From the NCBI GenBank assembly GCA_009103225.1, contig RHPI01000810.1:1343962-1407961 (forward strand): a stretch of DNA of 64,000 bases, read 5' to 3'. The position numbers were made by a program, and so were the translations under genes. The notes under the pieces are model-generated. The model was given only the letters and a program-made list of their open reading frames with translations, was not told the DNA's origin and did no database searches. Numbering within the stretch: the first letter of the stretch is position 1; each line of letters opens with the position of its first letter. The stretch comes from Chlorokybus atmophyticus. Its lineage: Eukaryota > Plantae > Mesostigma and Chlorokybus algae. Positions 35,778 to 48,325 of this stretch are shown one piece after another.

Positions 35778-38700
35778 ATGGCTGACAATGGGGGCGGCCG
35801 TCCCCTCAGCCCCAGCACCCCCTTGAGCCCCTCAGCGGGGGCGGAGTCGCCCTCCGCCACAGGCTCAGGCATCATCATCGGCCAGCTGGACATCAATGGT
35901 GCGTATCATCGAGAGAAGAAGCAAGCAAGAAGATTCAGTCCACCGATGATGCACAAGCGCTGTTTTTCTGCAATGAGGATGTGTTCACTCCCTTGTTGTT
36001 TGATCAAGTCATAGCGTAGTCACGTTGTTGAAGTGATTCTCAGTGACTGAATCACTCAAGCAGTATTGGTTGACGTACAATGCTAGTTTGTTCAACCTCG
36101 CCCTTACATCGTTGATTCATCAAGTGGAGGTACCAATCATTCAGAAAAGTGCCTCTGTTGTTGTTATTTAGCACAGATCAGCACGCAGGATCGCCAAATT
36201 TGCTTACTGATTGGCATCATCCTTAACGGATTGTGTCTGTGTATGCTCAGTGATTGAGGCGACTGGCAAGGCCCTGATGAAGGGAGCCGCCAGCATGGGC
36301 AGCGGCGAAGTCCTGCTGGCATTCTGCAAAGGTGAGAACGCCACACTGTTGTTGCTGTTGTTGTTGCGCAACTCCATCCTCAGCACTTCCTAAACCTTGT
36401 ATGCAACCAAGCAAAGACTCACATTGCCTCAACACTTACGCGTGGAGTCAAGTGTGCGGCAACAATATTGACTGTGTCTCATTGTTGACCTGTGTGCGTG
36501 CAGTTGAGGTGCGCGGCAAGGGTGCTCCTTCGCAGCGTGCTCAGACCAAGTCCGTCGCCGTGGACGGGATGACACTCGCTTGGAACGAAGCACTCCGCGT
36601 GTGAGTGGGGCTGTTGTGTGTTGACGTGTGTTCCTCCTTCCCAACGTGTACAACTTGTGCTTGATTCTTATAGACGATCTACTCTCGTACTTGTTGGGGT
36701 CCGAGGGGTATTCTTGTATACAGCGTTGGATGTGCCCCTGTGTTGGGTCCCGATATAACGCGGAAGGCCTGAGTCACCAACTTGCTGTTATGTTTGTCAT
36801 GTAGACCCATTTTTAAAGAGGCCGAGGAGCTTCGCCTGATGATCTGCCTTGACAACGGCCCCGGAGTCCGCCCAAAGCCCTTTGCCAATGGAGGTAATGA
36901 CCTTATGCACAACGAGAAACCTCTGTATGCCACGCAAATAACCTAACCCATCTTGCATCAACAGGCATCTTTGTGAAGGACATTGTCAGGCTGCGCAACA
37001 TCAAGAAGTGGTTCGACATGTTCAGCGCGGTAAGCATGATTCCTCAAGATTATGATTACACCAGGAGAAGTATGGCTACCAGCATTGAGCTCATACATGT
37101 GTGTATGTGTGCATTGCAGGGAGGCAGCAGCGGTGGCAATGTGCAGCTGCAGCTGACTTACTGGCCGACAGGCGAGCCTCTATCGCCACGCAGCATCGCT
37201 TCATCAGCGACCCCGAGCCCTGTCTTCAGGCAGCTGCAAGGCCTCTCACCACAGTCGTCAATAGGCAAGTCAAAATGTGTGTGTGTGTGTGTGTGTGTGT
37301 GTGGTGGTGGTGGCGGGTGGGGCGGTGTGTGTGTGTNNNNNNNNNNNNNNNNNNNNNNNNNNNNNNNNNNNNNNNNNNNNNNNNNNNNNNNNNNNNNNNN
37401 NNNNNNNNNNNNNNNNNNNNNNNNNNNNNNNNNNNNNNNNNNNNNNNNNNNNNNNNNNNNNNNNNNNNNNNNNNNNNNNNNNNNNNNNNNNNNNNNNNNN
37501 NNNNNNNNNNNNNNNNNNNNNNNNNNNNNNNNNNNNNNNNNNNNNNNNNNNNNNNNNNNNNNNNNNNNNNNNNNNNNNNNNNNNNNNNNNNNNNNNNNNN
37601 NNNNNNNNNNNNNNNNNNNNNNNNNNNNNNNNNNNNNNNNNNNNNNNNNNNNNNNNNNNNNNNNNNNNNNNNNNNNNNNNNNNNNNNNNNNNNNNNNNNN
37701 NNNNNNNNNNNNNNNNNNNNNNNNNNNNNNNNNNNNNNNNNNNNNNNNNNNNNNNNNNNNNNNNNNNNNNNNNNNNNNNNNNNNNNNNNNNNNNNNNNNN
37801 NNNNNNNNNGTGTGTGTGTGTGGGTGGGGTGGGTGGGTGGGGTGGGGGGGCGGGGGGGCGTGCGTGTGTGCGTACGTGCGTGTGAATCACTACTGAGTCT
37901 CATTCTTCCCACCCTGTTTGCAGATCACAAAGACATCAAAGCCTTGTTGACCAAGTCTCCATCTATAGAGAACACTCAGTCTTTGGTCAGCACTCCACCG
38001 GTGCTTCGCCAACTCAGCAGTGCGAGGGAGTACACACCAACGACACCGCCAACACCAACAGCAGCAGCACCTGCAGCACCTCCCACGACTGAGGCTTCAA
38101 GCGTGCAACCTGTTGTTGATGTTGATACGCCGGCAGATGTGTCCTCGGCAGCTGACGCCACCAACACAACACCACCTCCTGTTGTTGTCGTGTCGAGTCC
38201 ACCCAAAGAGGAGATAGTACCTCTGTCTCCCACTCCTGCTGCACAGGCACAACCCAACATAACCTCCGTGTCGAAACAAAGCCCACATACTCCCAATGGG
38301 GTGAGCAACATGAGCCAAAAGTCCACTACTACTACCACACCTGTGACCAAAGTCCCGCCCGCCGTGCGCACATCCACAACAACTGTACCCAACAGCAACA
38401 ACAAACCCACAAGTCCCTCTGCCAGTGGCGTGAAGCTCCCATCTGCATCTGAAGTGGGCAACAATAAGGTGGGCGTTGAGTCTTCCAACAACAACAACAA
38501 CAACAACAACAGTAACAACAAGACGCCCCCGGCGTCAAAGAGTCTTCCTGTTGTGGAGACTGGACGACGCTCATTCGATGTGCCGAAACAACAACAAGCG
38601 CCTTTGGCTACGGTGGGTTGAGGCCATGTTTCATGTTTGTTGTATGGCTTGTTGTTGTCATTGTGGTGTTGTTGAAGTTGCGCGTGCGGGCGTGCGGGCA

Positions 38701-40158
38701 TGCGCGTGCATGTGTGCTCGCACGCGCACGCGTGGCCGGTGCGTGTGTGCGAGGGATTGTGAATGTGTGCGGTATTGTGTGGCATCACCTAATAAAGTTG
38801 TCTGGCATGTGTGCAGCCCGGAAGCGCCAAGTCTGCATCAGCCGGCTCTCCGCTCTCTCGCAGCACGACGTTGGCACGCGACAATATGCGTCCCTCATCG
38901 TTCACGCCCGCGCCAAAGGTACCTGCGGACGGGAGCGGGAGCACACCCTCTTCGCCAAAGTCTCCACTTCCCATCCGTGCCAACCGTACCGCAGCACACA
39001 AACCAACGACACCAACAACAGCTGCAGCACCACCTTCTCCCAACAGCAACGGTTACACGCCGACACAGCAACACAAGCCCGCTACGAGTGTTGTGGACTC
39101 GCGCGCGCACACACATACCCACACTACCCACCCTGCAATGGTGTCTATGGGCAGAACAGCAGCGCAGTACAGTCCCAACTCATCACCAGCCAAATCAACG
39201 ACAACAACAACAGCAACACCAAGTCCTGTGCACCCGTCCACGCCAAGAAACTCCCCACAAATGAAGCAACAGTCCTCAATCGCAGAGAGACCCGCTTTCA
39301 GCTTGGACTTTGCCAACAACAACAACAACGACACACACACCGTGGAGGAGACCAAGTCCAAGGCTGAGGATAAGGGTAAGAGCAGTGACACAACAACAAC
39401 ACCTGTGGTCGAGGCGCACATAAGCAGCAATAATGTTGTTGTGATGGACACGCAAGTCTCCGCAGACCAGAGCGCTGAGCTCGCGGCGTTGTACACTGCA
39501 GCTATGGCTGATAAGCCACCATCTCCTCCTGTTGTTGTTGTGTCTGCTGCACAACAGCAATATGTGGTCCCGCCATCACCCGCCTCGGTGATGCGCACGC
39601 CGTCTCTCACCCCACTCAAGACCAACTATTCACCCATAACGAGCCCAGTCATGTCTCCCGGAATCAATTGGGCCAATGGAAAGGAGGCAATGGCTCTACT
39701 GGCTCTGCTTGAGAACCAGCAGAAGGAAGAACAAGCCGCATCAGTTATCTCACAGGTGAACAGCGTGCGTGCGTGCGTGCGCGTGTGTATGTACGCGTGT
39801 GTGCATGTGTGAGTTTGGCGCGCACATGCGCGCCTTTGATGTTCATTTGCGCACATACGCGAGTGCCTGCGTGCGAGCGTGTGTGTGTACGTCATCTTTG
39901 TAAACAACATCATTTTCTTGTCTCCAGCACGCATTGAGCGCACGGGCTTTGCAGGCACACATGGAAGCCGGTGTAGCGCGGCAGAAGATCACGGAGTACA
40001 ATTCCATGTTGGAAGATATGTACCTGAAGGAACTCCTGCAGGAGGGTGGGCAGTCCATGCAGCAGCAGGGTGTCCACACCCAACGTAATGCCGCCTCGGC
40101 TGCCACGGTAGTGCTTGCTGCCGGAGCCACTGCCGCCATGTTTATGTACCTCCGATGA
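35778..40158 (+). CDS. C2-domain protein with a long Ser/Thr/Pro-rich region and a C-terminal hydrophobic tail; multi-exon
   Basis: Spliced frame GQLDIN|VIEATG..LLAFCK|VEVRG..AQTKSV..LAWNEALRV|PIFKEAEELRLMIC..|GIFVKDI..KKWFDMFSA|GGSSGGNVQLQLTYWP is C2-like and all junctions are in phase. It ends ATVVLAAGATAAMFMYLR-stop. An N-gap lies inside an intron. Confidence 0.8.
37337..37809. other. Assembly gap (N run) in a (GT)n/G-rich intron
   Basis: N characters. Confidence 0.99.
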
Positions 40159-40667
40159 GGTGGACGCGCCATCACGTGCGTGGACAGCGATGATGATGAT
40201 ATTACGATTCGATTGTATAGTATTTGGCTGCAGAATACTGCTGGTGTCAAATACAATTAGGTGTGTGATAGATTTTTGACTCCTTCGGTTACCTGGCACC
40301 TCAGTTGCCAGCACCCTACCTGTAGCATTCTATTGTTTAGCCTCTGAGTACACAGCCACTGTGTGAAACAAAAGGACAACATTTCGTTTGTGATGAGCAA
40401 AACTCTTTGCAACCAACAAGTTGTGTGCGCAGGCATTGCGCGCAAGTACACTTATGAATTTGCAATACATAATAAGCTACCACCTTCAACACATTTATAC
40501 AAGGACAGGGCATATTAGCGTTGCTCAAAGCAACCTGTAGTAGCAACAACCATCGGTAAAGCTGCACGTGCGCGAAAGCAGGTACGTTGGCAATCAACCG
40601 CGAGCATATGTGTGGACACGTGCCGAGAAAAGACCGTGTTGACACCGTGTTGTTGTTGTTGGGTGAC

Positions 40668-43600
40668 CTAAACTTCCGGTTGGGTGCGCGCCGTATTGGG
40701 TGTGCTGCTGCCATCATCGTGCGCGTAGTAAGGGTTGGGAGGGTATTGGTATGTTGGGCGGGACCATGGTTGGTCTTGGCCGGGAGAGATAAGATGCGTG
40801 GGAGGGGGTTGCAAGCCCGCAGTCGAGTGTCCCGTGTGGACGCGCATCACGTGCGAAGAATACGTTGCCGGCGCCGACACCTGCATAGACTATGCATTCG
40901 GTATATGCACAGAAGCAGGCAGCACGCGCACATGCACACGCGCGCGCGCGTGCATGAGCACGCACACACGCATGTGCGCGCGCGCGCGCACAAGCAAACC
41001 CACGCACACACCAAAAGAGGAGTAACATACCTGCATGCTAAACTGTGTGGACTGCGTGCGGAAGGTTGACAGCGCCGAGGCGCGTGAGCCTATGGGCGAC
41101 TGCGCGTACGTGGCGGTGGATATCGACGATGTTGGCGAGAGCTGCGCTGCCTTCATCTCAAACTCCTCTCTCAATATGTGCATGGCATCGCTAAGCGGCA
41201 CCGAGGCGGGTGTCTCACTATTCTCAGCATGACTCGGGTCCTCATACAGCCTGTGAAAGTGGTAATAGCTGTCGTTGAGTGTCCCTTTCGGCGTGAGGGC
41301 CTCCATGATGGCGCGCGGGGTGAGGGACCGCGTATCCAACCGCGGCGTGTACGCCATGAACTCGCTCGCGGCCTCGCTCCCACCGTCGAGGTCAGGTATT
41401 CTTACTGATAGTGGTTTGTGCCACCGCGAGAACCCGCCACGCCGCTTCGACACTGATACCGACGGGGACTCCTTCAGACCCAACGTGACCCGCACGGCAT
41501 TGCGCTGCTGGTGCGAGAGGATGTAAAACCACACGAAGAACATCAGACCCGACAGCAGAACCGCCGACCCGACGGGCAACGCTATCTCCAACAAGAGGGC
41601 CACTTCGTGATCCGGCGAGGGCACGCTGAAAGACGCTCTCACTTCATTACCCGCATAGTCTTGCAAGCGCAAGTCGTACGACATTTGCCGCGTGTTGATT
41701 TGTTTGTTCGGAGCCACGGGCAAGAAGAACGAGTACTGTCCTCCCGGCAGAGCGAGAAAGTTGCTCGACACGTTCACGTTGTCTATCTCGGCGACGGACC
41801 CGACCTTCCAACCCACTTCTTGGTTGACCGCAGAGAGGATCATCGTGATGTTGGTGATGTTGGTGGAATCGTTGCCGTTGGGGACAGGGATGATCTCGAC
41901 ATTGGGTGTGAGCGCCGGTTTGGTGTGCATGCTTCCCACCAGCATGTTGGGTTGCGTCTCGAGGATGGATAGCTGCTCCCCAACGTAATCCTGCATGGCG
42001 ATGTTGATGGCGAGGTCGCTCGCATTCCAGTCTGTGTTGCTGGCTTCAGGGACATATGTATACGTGTAGCTGCCGTTTCCAAGGTCCACGAAGGTGTTAG
42101 TCACTTCCACATCGTTCACAAACGCGTTCAGCTTGCGCAACCCCACTTCGTTAAGAGCTGCAGTCACTGTGACTGTGATGACAGCCCCGGGTCGAGCAAC
42201 CCCAACAGAAGGCGTGACGAATGCATCCACAAGGGAAGAATGCCCTGAGCACATACACATATTAGGAGCGTGTCTCACGGTATGCATACAGCGAGTGTTT
42301 GAACTCTTCACCTGTGCTGTCAATGCGGATCAAGAAGGAATCCGTGACCCCGCCAAAGGTGGGTTGTGCTGCGCCGACAGTGGTTGTGTTGGGCCATTGG
42401 CCTTGCGTCCATCCCGCAACCCACACAGCGTTTCCACCGGCCGACTGCACCGATTCAGCCGAATCGTCCAACGCGCCACCGAGATACGTGGAGTAGCGCA
42501 CAAACCCTGCATGCAAACATGCCACCGCCCAAGTGAGAACCGAACTGGACCGCTATATGCGACAACAGCAGCAGCAACAAGCGTTTCCTGCTTGAGCATA
42601 CTTACCAGTAGAATCTATGCGGGCTATGAATGCATCAAGTCCGCCGAGGGTTTGGTTGTAAGGAGGGGCAATGTATGGGAAATCTGTTGAGTTCGTCTGT
42701 CCACCAATCCAGGCACCACCATCGGCTGTGGCGAACAAACATGTGGCCTTCTCGTATCCTGTCCCGCCAAGAAAGCTCGCGTACACCAAGTTGCCTGCAA
42801 CACCCACATACATTCATACGCACGCGTGCATACATACAGACACGCTCCTGCATGCACACTCCAACACGGGACATGCACACACATGCGCATGTGCACACAC
42901 ATGCGCACACACTCACTCCCAACCCTCAGTCTCATCTCTGCCGAGCACATACCATCTTTGCTCCACTTTGCCACAAAGGCGTCGAAGGAGCCGGCGAGGC
43001 GGGTCTGCTGCGCGTGGATTGTGACGGGGAAGTTGGCTGAAGATGTGCTCCCAACCATCCAGAAGAATTGTCCATCGGCACTTGCAGCAATCGCCTGAGC
43101 AACATCCGCGCCTAAGCCGCCGAGGAAGGAGCTGTACACTATGTGTCCGCTCGAGTCCGAGTGTAGAAAAAACGTGTCCACGTCGCCCCCATGAATCGTC
43201 TGGAAGGGCCCTTGCGTCTGCGAAGACGCAGTCACAAAGTCCACTGACGAGGTCTCCCCGCACACGAACACGCCGTCCACACCATCCGCCTCCATCCCGT
43301 GTACTACATCACCTTTACTCCCACCCAAGTACGTGCTGTATACCAATGCACCTGCAGAAAGGGGAAGTTTGCAATGTCACAACGTGTCCACACAACTGAC
43401 TGCTAACACTGTGCATCATCAGAGCAGACCTGAATCGGATAATCGTGCCAGGAAACCATCCACTTGTCCTTTGTGAGTATCCTGATAAGATGTGCCTTGC
43501 AAAGGGAAGTCTGTGGTGGATGTTGTCCCGCCCCCGAGCCAAACACCTCCATCAGGCGTCCTCGCAGAGGCCTGCCAAAAAAGGCACGTGCTCACTCTCT

Positions 43601-44766
43601 ACAAGTCGGTCTGTGCAGACGTTTGTGCAATGTGCTTCTAGACGGCATTCACGTACATTACGGCCAATGATACAATTAAGTAGTAGAGACACCAAAAACA
43701 CACACACACACGAACAAACACACACACACACGAACAAACACACACAAACACGAAGTTGTGAGACTGGCTCTGATGACCAGGCCAGAAGGCGATCACATGC
43801 AACAAAATAGTACATGCGTACCAAGACAACGTCCTCCTCAGAGCCTCCAAGCATAATGCTGAATTGTAGGGTTCCTACAAGCAGCGTTGTTCAAAACACT
43901 CGCAAACCGTGCAAGGTATGCAATCCAAGTTGTTAGCAACTTATCATACAGACTGCAACACAACATGCTTGTGCAGTGCATACCATCGTGTTCCACAAGC
44001 GCTACAAAAGCGTCGCCGTTTCCTTCGTAGCTGCGGGCCGGGTGTCCATTTGGTATCTGATGCACCACCGACCTTGTGAGATGACCAGAGTGTGTGCAAG
44101 TGTGCCAATGTGTGGGTGTGAGAAAAGAAAGGAAGTGTGAATGGTTGAAAAAGCATATGAGAAGGAGTGCGTGCATAAAAGCACGTGCAACCTGTCAATG
44201 AACTGACCCATTGCAGAAAGCAACAGCGTACCATAGGGAAATCAGCGTTGCGTGTCTGGCCGGACAGCCACACTCCTCCATCGGGTGCAGACACCATTGC
44301 ATACGCAGTATGTCGGAAAACAGGCCCAATTGTGTCATTGATAGGATTATACACGAAACCTGCAGTATGAAACAATCAGCCTCACCTGTCTGTTGCAATG
44401 AGGTACGTACATGAGAGTGCACACGCACCTTCAGCATCCCAATGCCTGAGCAACACTTCTCCATACTGTATGATCGTGCCATTGGTATCGATGATCTCAT
44501 CGTGCGTGCCAGCAAAGTACACGGCGCCATTCTCAACGCTTAATGCGGCATATGCAGCGTCTGTGTTCGGCCCCCCGTAAAAGCTGCTATACGAGATTCT
44601 CCCTGCATAACACATATTGCAAAGTTCACACTCCGCAAGTGGTTTTGTGTAGTAATGGAAGACTTGGAGGGACAGAAACCCTACCATAGTATATGGCTTT
44701 CACAAGTGGCTGCTGCAGAAACCCCAACAGCAATAATGCCAGCACGAGCCTCTTGCACTCACGCAT
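40668..44766 (-). CDS. Type-I membrane protein: signal peptide, SBBP-type beta-propeller repeats, Ig-like domains, TM helix, Ser/Pro-rich cytoplasmic tail; multi-exon
   Basis: Signal MRECKRLVLALLLLGFLQQPLVKA (ATG 44766) splices in phase into GRISYSSFYGG. Repeats YSTYLGGSKGD..VFVCGETSSVDF..DTFF and YASFLGGTGYE..WIGGQTNSTDFP..DAFIARID. Ig-like TFVDLGNGSYTYTY. TM ALPVGSAVLLSGLMFFVWFYIL. Confidence 0.82.
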
Positions 44767-46384
44767 CTGCACAAAGAATCAAGTTCTTGAGCGAGTCGGT
44801 GCAAGCACCCACATAGCTTGTCAACCAAAAGCGGTGTACATTACTTTGACAACCGAAGGTGGAGGTGGTTTTGAACGGAACCAGGGCGACATTGACTACA
44901 GACATAGCATATGCTTTAAACATCTGACAATAACCATGTTGGGCAGCACGCGGACACAACAAGAGGATGCAACACTAGGTTTGATGTCAGCAATGCCTCA
45001 CGCCTCCTTGCACGGTTAGCACAGGGCGGGAAAGCCGTAACCCTAAGCCACGCCCGTGTCAAGCCCGGCAAGAGTGTCAACGACACCAGCGGAAACAGTA
45101 TACACGGCTGCGTTCAGGCCACAAGCAGGACTAGCATCAGCTTCGTGGCATGTGTAAGAACCTTGAGGATGACGACAAAGACGATGAAAGTAACGCCGCC
45201 GCCGCAGGCCTTGCGGCCGCGGGCGCCTCATCCGCCTACGGCACAGGCAACATCCCCGGCGCCAGCCGCCAGCAGTACTTTTTGTGAAGCAACCCACTCC
45301 AGCGACACTAGAATTTGCCAGCCATGTCGTCCACCAGCTCGCCTCCCTCGTCGGCCTCCAACGCACACGCGTCCGCCTCCGCCGCCGCCAACGCCCCCAA
45401 TACCGCCGCCAACTCCAACAACGTACTCAGCCGCTAGGGTGACCTCTCACTGAAGGCTTACTGTCGGGCTCGATATCGATAGTAGTTGGAGATGATGATG
45501 ATGCTCAGCTGCATGTTGTAGAGACATCTGTGATACCTATATATATATCGTCGTCGTCTTCGGGTAGGGTATCAAAACAGCTCTACGAAGCTTCATTGCC
45601 CATTGGCCCAGGAAGGAGAAGAAAAGCCTGTTGCTAAGCGTGCACGACTCATCAGTGATGAGCAATTGCAGGTGTGTTGAATTGGCACGCGGCATGATGG
45701 TCCGGATGGAATGTGGAGCCTGAATACTGGTACAGTCTTCCCTCGTGAAGAGAATCACGTTTATCCTTACCCATTCCATTCCACTAACGGGGTATTCTCT
45801 TAGTGTTTAAGAGAATATAGATTCTCTTACCACTAAGAGCATATTTACGCTCTAAATTATTGAGGTTACCACCGGAAACATGCATGTGCGTGTCAGAGAA
45901 TAACTATGCTGTTAGCGAGGTGCCTGCAAAAAACATGCTTATAGGTACGATACCATGTTGTTGTGCAAGATGTGTAAGAATATGTATGTTACCCACATGT
46001 GTGTAATATATATAGTGTTGTACTAGGGTCTGAAGGCTTACACATGGGGCACATGCTTTGCCCATATCCATATATACGCGCGTGTGCGCATGTGTGCGCT
46101 TGCATATGTGTACACAAAAGGAGTATATATATGATATCATTCTGCCTAAGCTAACACATGTGCGCACATACCACTTGCTCATTATGTGCTAGTATTCACC
46201 ATGCAGATGTGAGATCAACATCACAAGCATTATAATCACCAATCACTGGTTCATGTGATGCATGCTAGAGCTACTCTACCATGACGGGCTCGTTGGCAGT
46301 GCCACTAGTGCTAGCCTCATGCCCGGTATCTCCCGCTGGGAAGAACTCTTGTATGCGAGTTTAACGCCCAGCGTCATAGACCTA

Positions 46385-47419
46385 ATGCTTGGTGACCACA
46401 TTACGCAGCTGATGTAATGTGAGATGATGATGCTCTAAGTTGGGGCAGTCGTTAGTAGCGATGAATGCCTCCACACCATCTAGGAACTTTATGCACTCTG
46501 CCACCGTGACGCGCGGCGGCACAACTTCCTCGCAATCATCTACAACACAACTCCATATGAACACTTAGGCATAAACATGCATGCATGCACCCATGTGCGT
46601 GTGCAATCAACTACATGTCCTCACCATCAGCCTCAACAGACTCATCATCAGCAACAGGCTCGGAAAGCCAATGCCAACGCTTTCCAGAATGTCCTCATTA
46701 CTCGAACCAGCCTTGGTTTGGACGGCGTCATCCGCATGCACGAACTCATCTGGTGACAGCATTTCTGTGCTTGGAATGGAAAGACGCTGCATGATGTCCC
46801 CAATCTCCTGCACAACATGCTCCTGTGCGTCAGTGTCGGGAGTGGGCAAATGCCAGGATGCTGGGGTGATGCCACTCTTCCTTCAACAGTTTATGGTGGT
46901 GTTAGTGAGCTCGCCGTACGCCTCGCGACACCATATGATTGCCTCTCTGAGCAACACCTTCACTTTGCTCAGGTCGGCTGTGGGGTCAGCATCATATTGC
47001 TGCAACAAGTGTGCAATAAGCTTCCTTTTGTACCTGCCCCACAAGGGAGAACGCATTACAAACTCTGACGAACAAGGGGGGATTTTTTAACAAGATTTTC
47101 AGGATTGCTCAGCCAGTTGCTTCTCAGGATAATGCAAGTGCGAAAACGATGTGTACCTGGCTTTGAACGCGGCAATGATGCCCGCGTCCAGAGGCTGAAC
47201 CTTGCTGGTTGTGTTGGAAGGAAGGAACAGGCACTTCATAATTTGTCCACCTGCATCGTCTTAACTCCCTTCTCCGTACCCACCACACCGTATGTGCAGG
47301 CGTGTGTGGAGGAGTTGTCAAGCAGCAGGAGGACTTTGCGTTTTTGCAGCTTCATCTGGAAGGCGAAGTTGCACAACCAGCGGCTGAAGATCTGCACAAC
47401 ATCTAACATTCAATTGCAT

Positions 47420-47488
<69 letters not shown>

Positions 47489-48325
47489 TTGAAAGCACCT
47501 CACCTGCGCTTTCATCTAAGCAATCCTTGTTGTTCTCATACTCAACGCCAATCCGGATGGGAGTCTATGTGCTTCCGGAAGACTTTGACCTCAGGAGGCT
47601 CTTGGAAGTTCCAATGAGTAGAAGTGGCAGTTTCTCAGACCCTTCAGCATTCACACACAACGCCACTGTGAACATGTCCTTCTCTCTCTTCCCCCTCCAG
47701 CTTCCTCGCTTGCAGTGACAAGTGTTTGACGGGGACGAGCTCTATAGAATACGCCACTCTCATTCATGTTGAAGGTGTTGCGGGGACCATACTCCTCAAG
47801 AATCTCTGGCAAGTCCGCGCGGGCCTTATCAACCCCCTCTTCGTCTGCATCATTGGCTTCACCGAACAGTGCTTTAGCTGATATGGCATGACGTTGCTTG
47901 AAACGATGCACCCACCCGTGTGATGCATTGAAATCTTCTATGCCAAGTTTGCTAGCAAAGTCTAGGCTCTTTTCAATGAAGATAGTGTCCGTGATGGTGG
48001 CATTGCGAGCACGAGTTTATGTAAGCCATGTGCACAAAGCTTTCTCTAGCTTGGGATGAGCGGCAAGACGCATTCGCTTTGTAGGTGCAGCAAAGTTTCC
48101 TCCTTGAGCTAACGTTTCAACTATTTTGTCACGACTATTCGACAACTTAGACAAGGCACTCCGCTTGATAACTACTTCAACTTCATCTTAGTCCCCACGT
48201 TGGCGATGAAATCCGCTTGCTTGACGGTGGAGTTGGCGCACATCTCATCATACAACTCAAGAATGTGCTTCTTATCCTTCAATGTGATGTTGCTACATTT
48301 GAGAGGCTATGGGGATGACATGATG
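46385..48325 (-). pseudogene. Decayed pogo transposase (CENP-B-type HTH + DDE)
   Basis: AHPKLEKALCTWL, FNASHGWVHRFKQRHAI, YGPRNTFNMNESGVFYR and ALCVNA.GSEKLPLLI, with several stops and frameshifts. The first catalytic D reads as N (NES). Confidence 0.85.
47421..47482. repeat. (CA)n microsatellite inside the pogo element
   Basis: Seen directly. Confidence 0.97.

Noticed and set aside
35024-37912. Long ORFs containing X runs
   Set aside because: Artefacts of N gaps.
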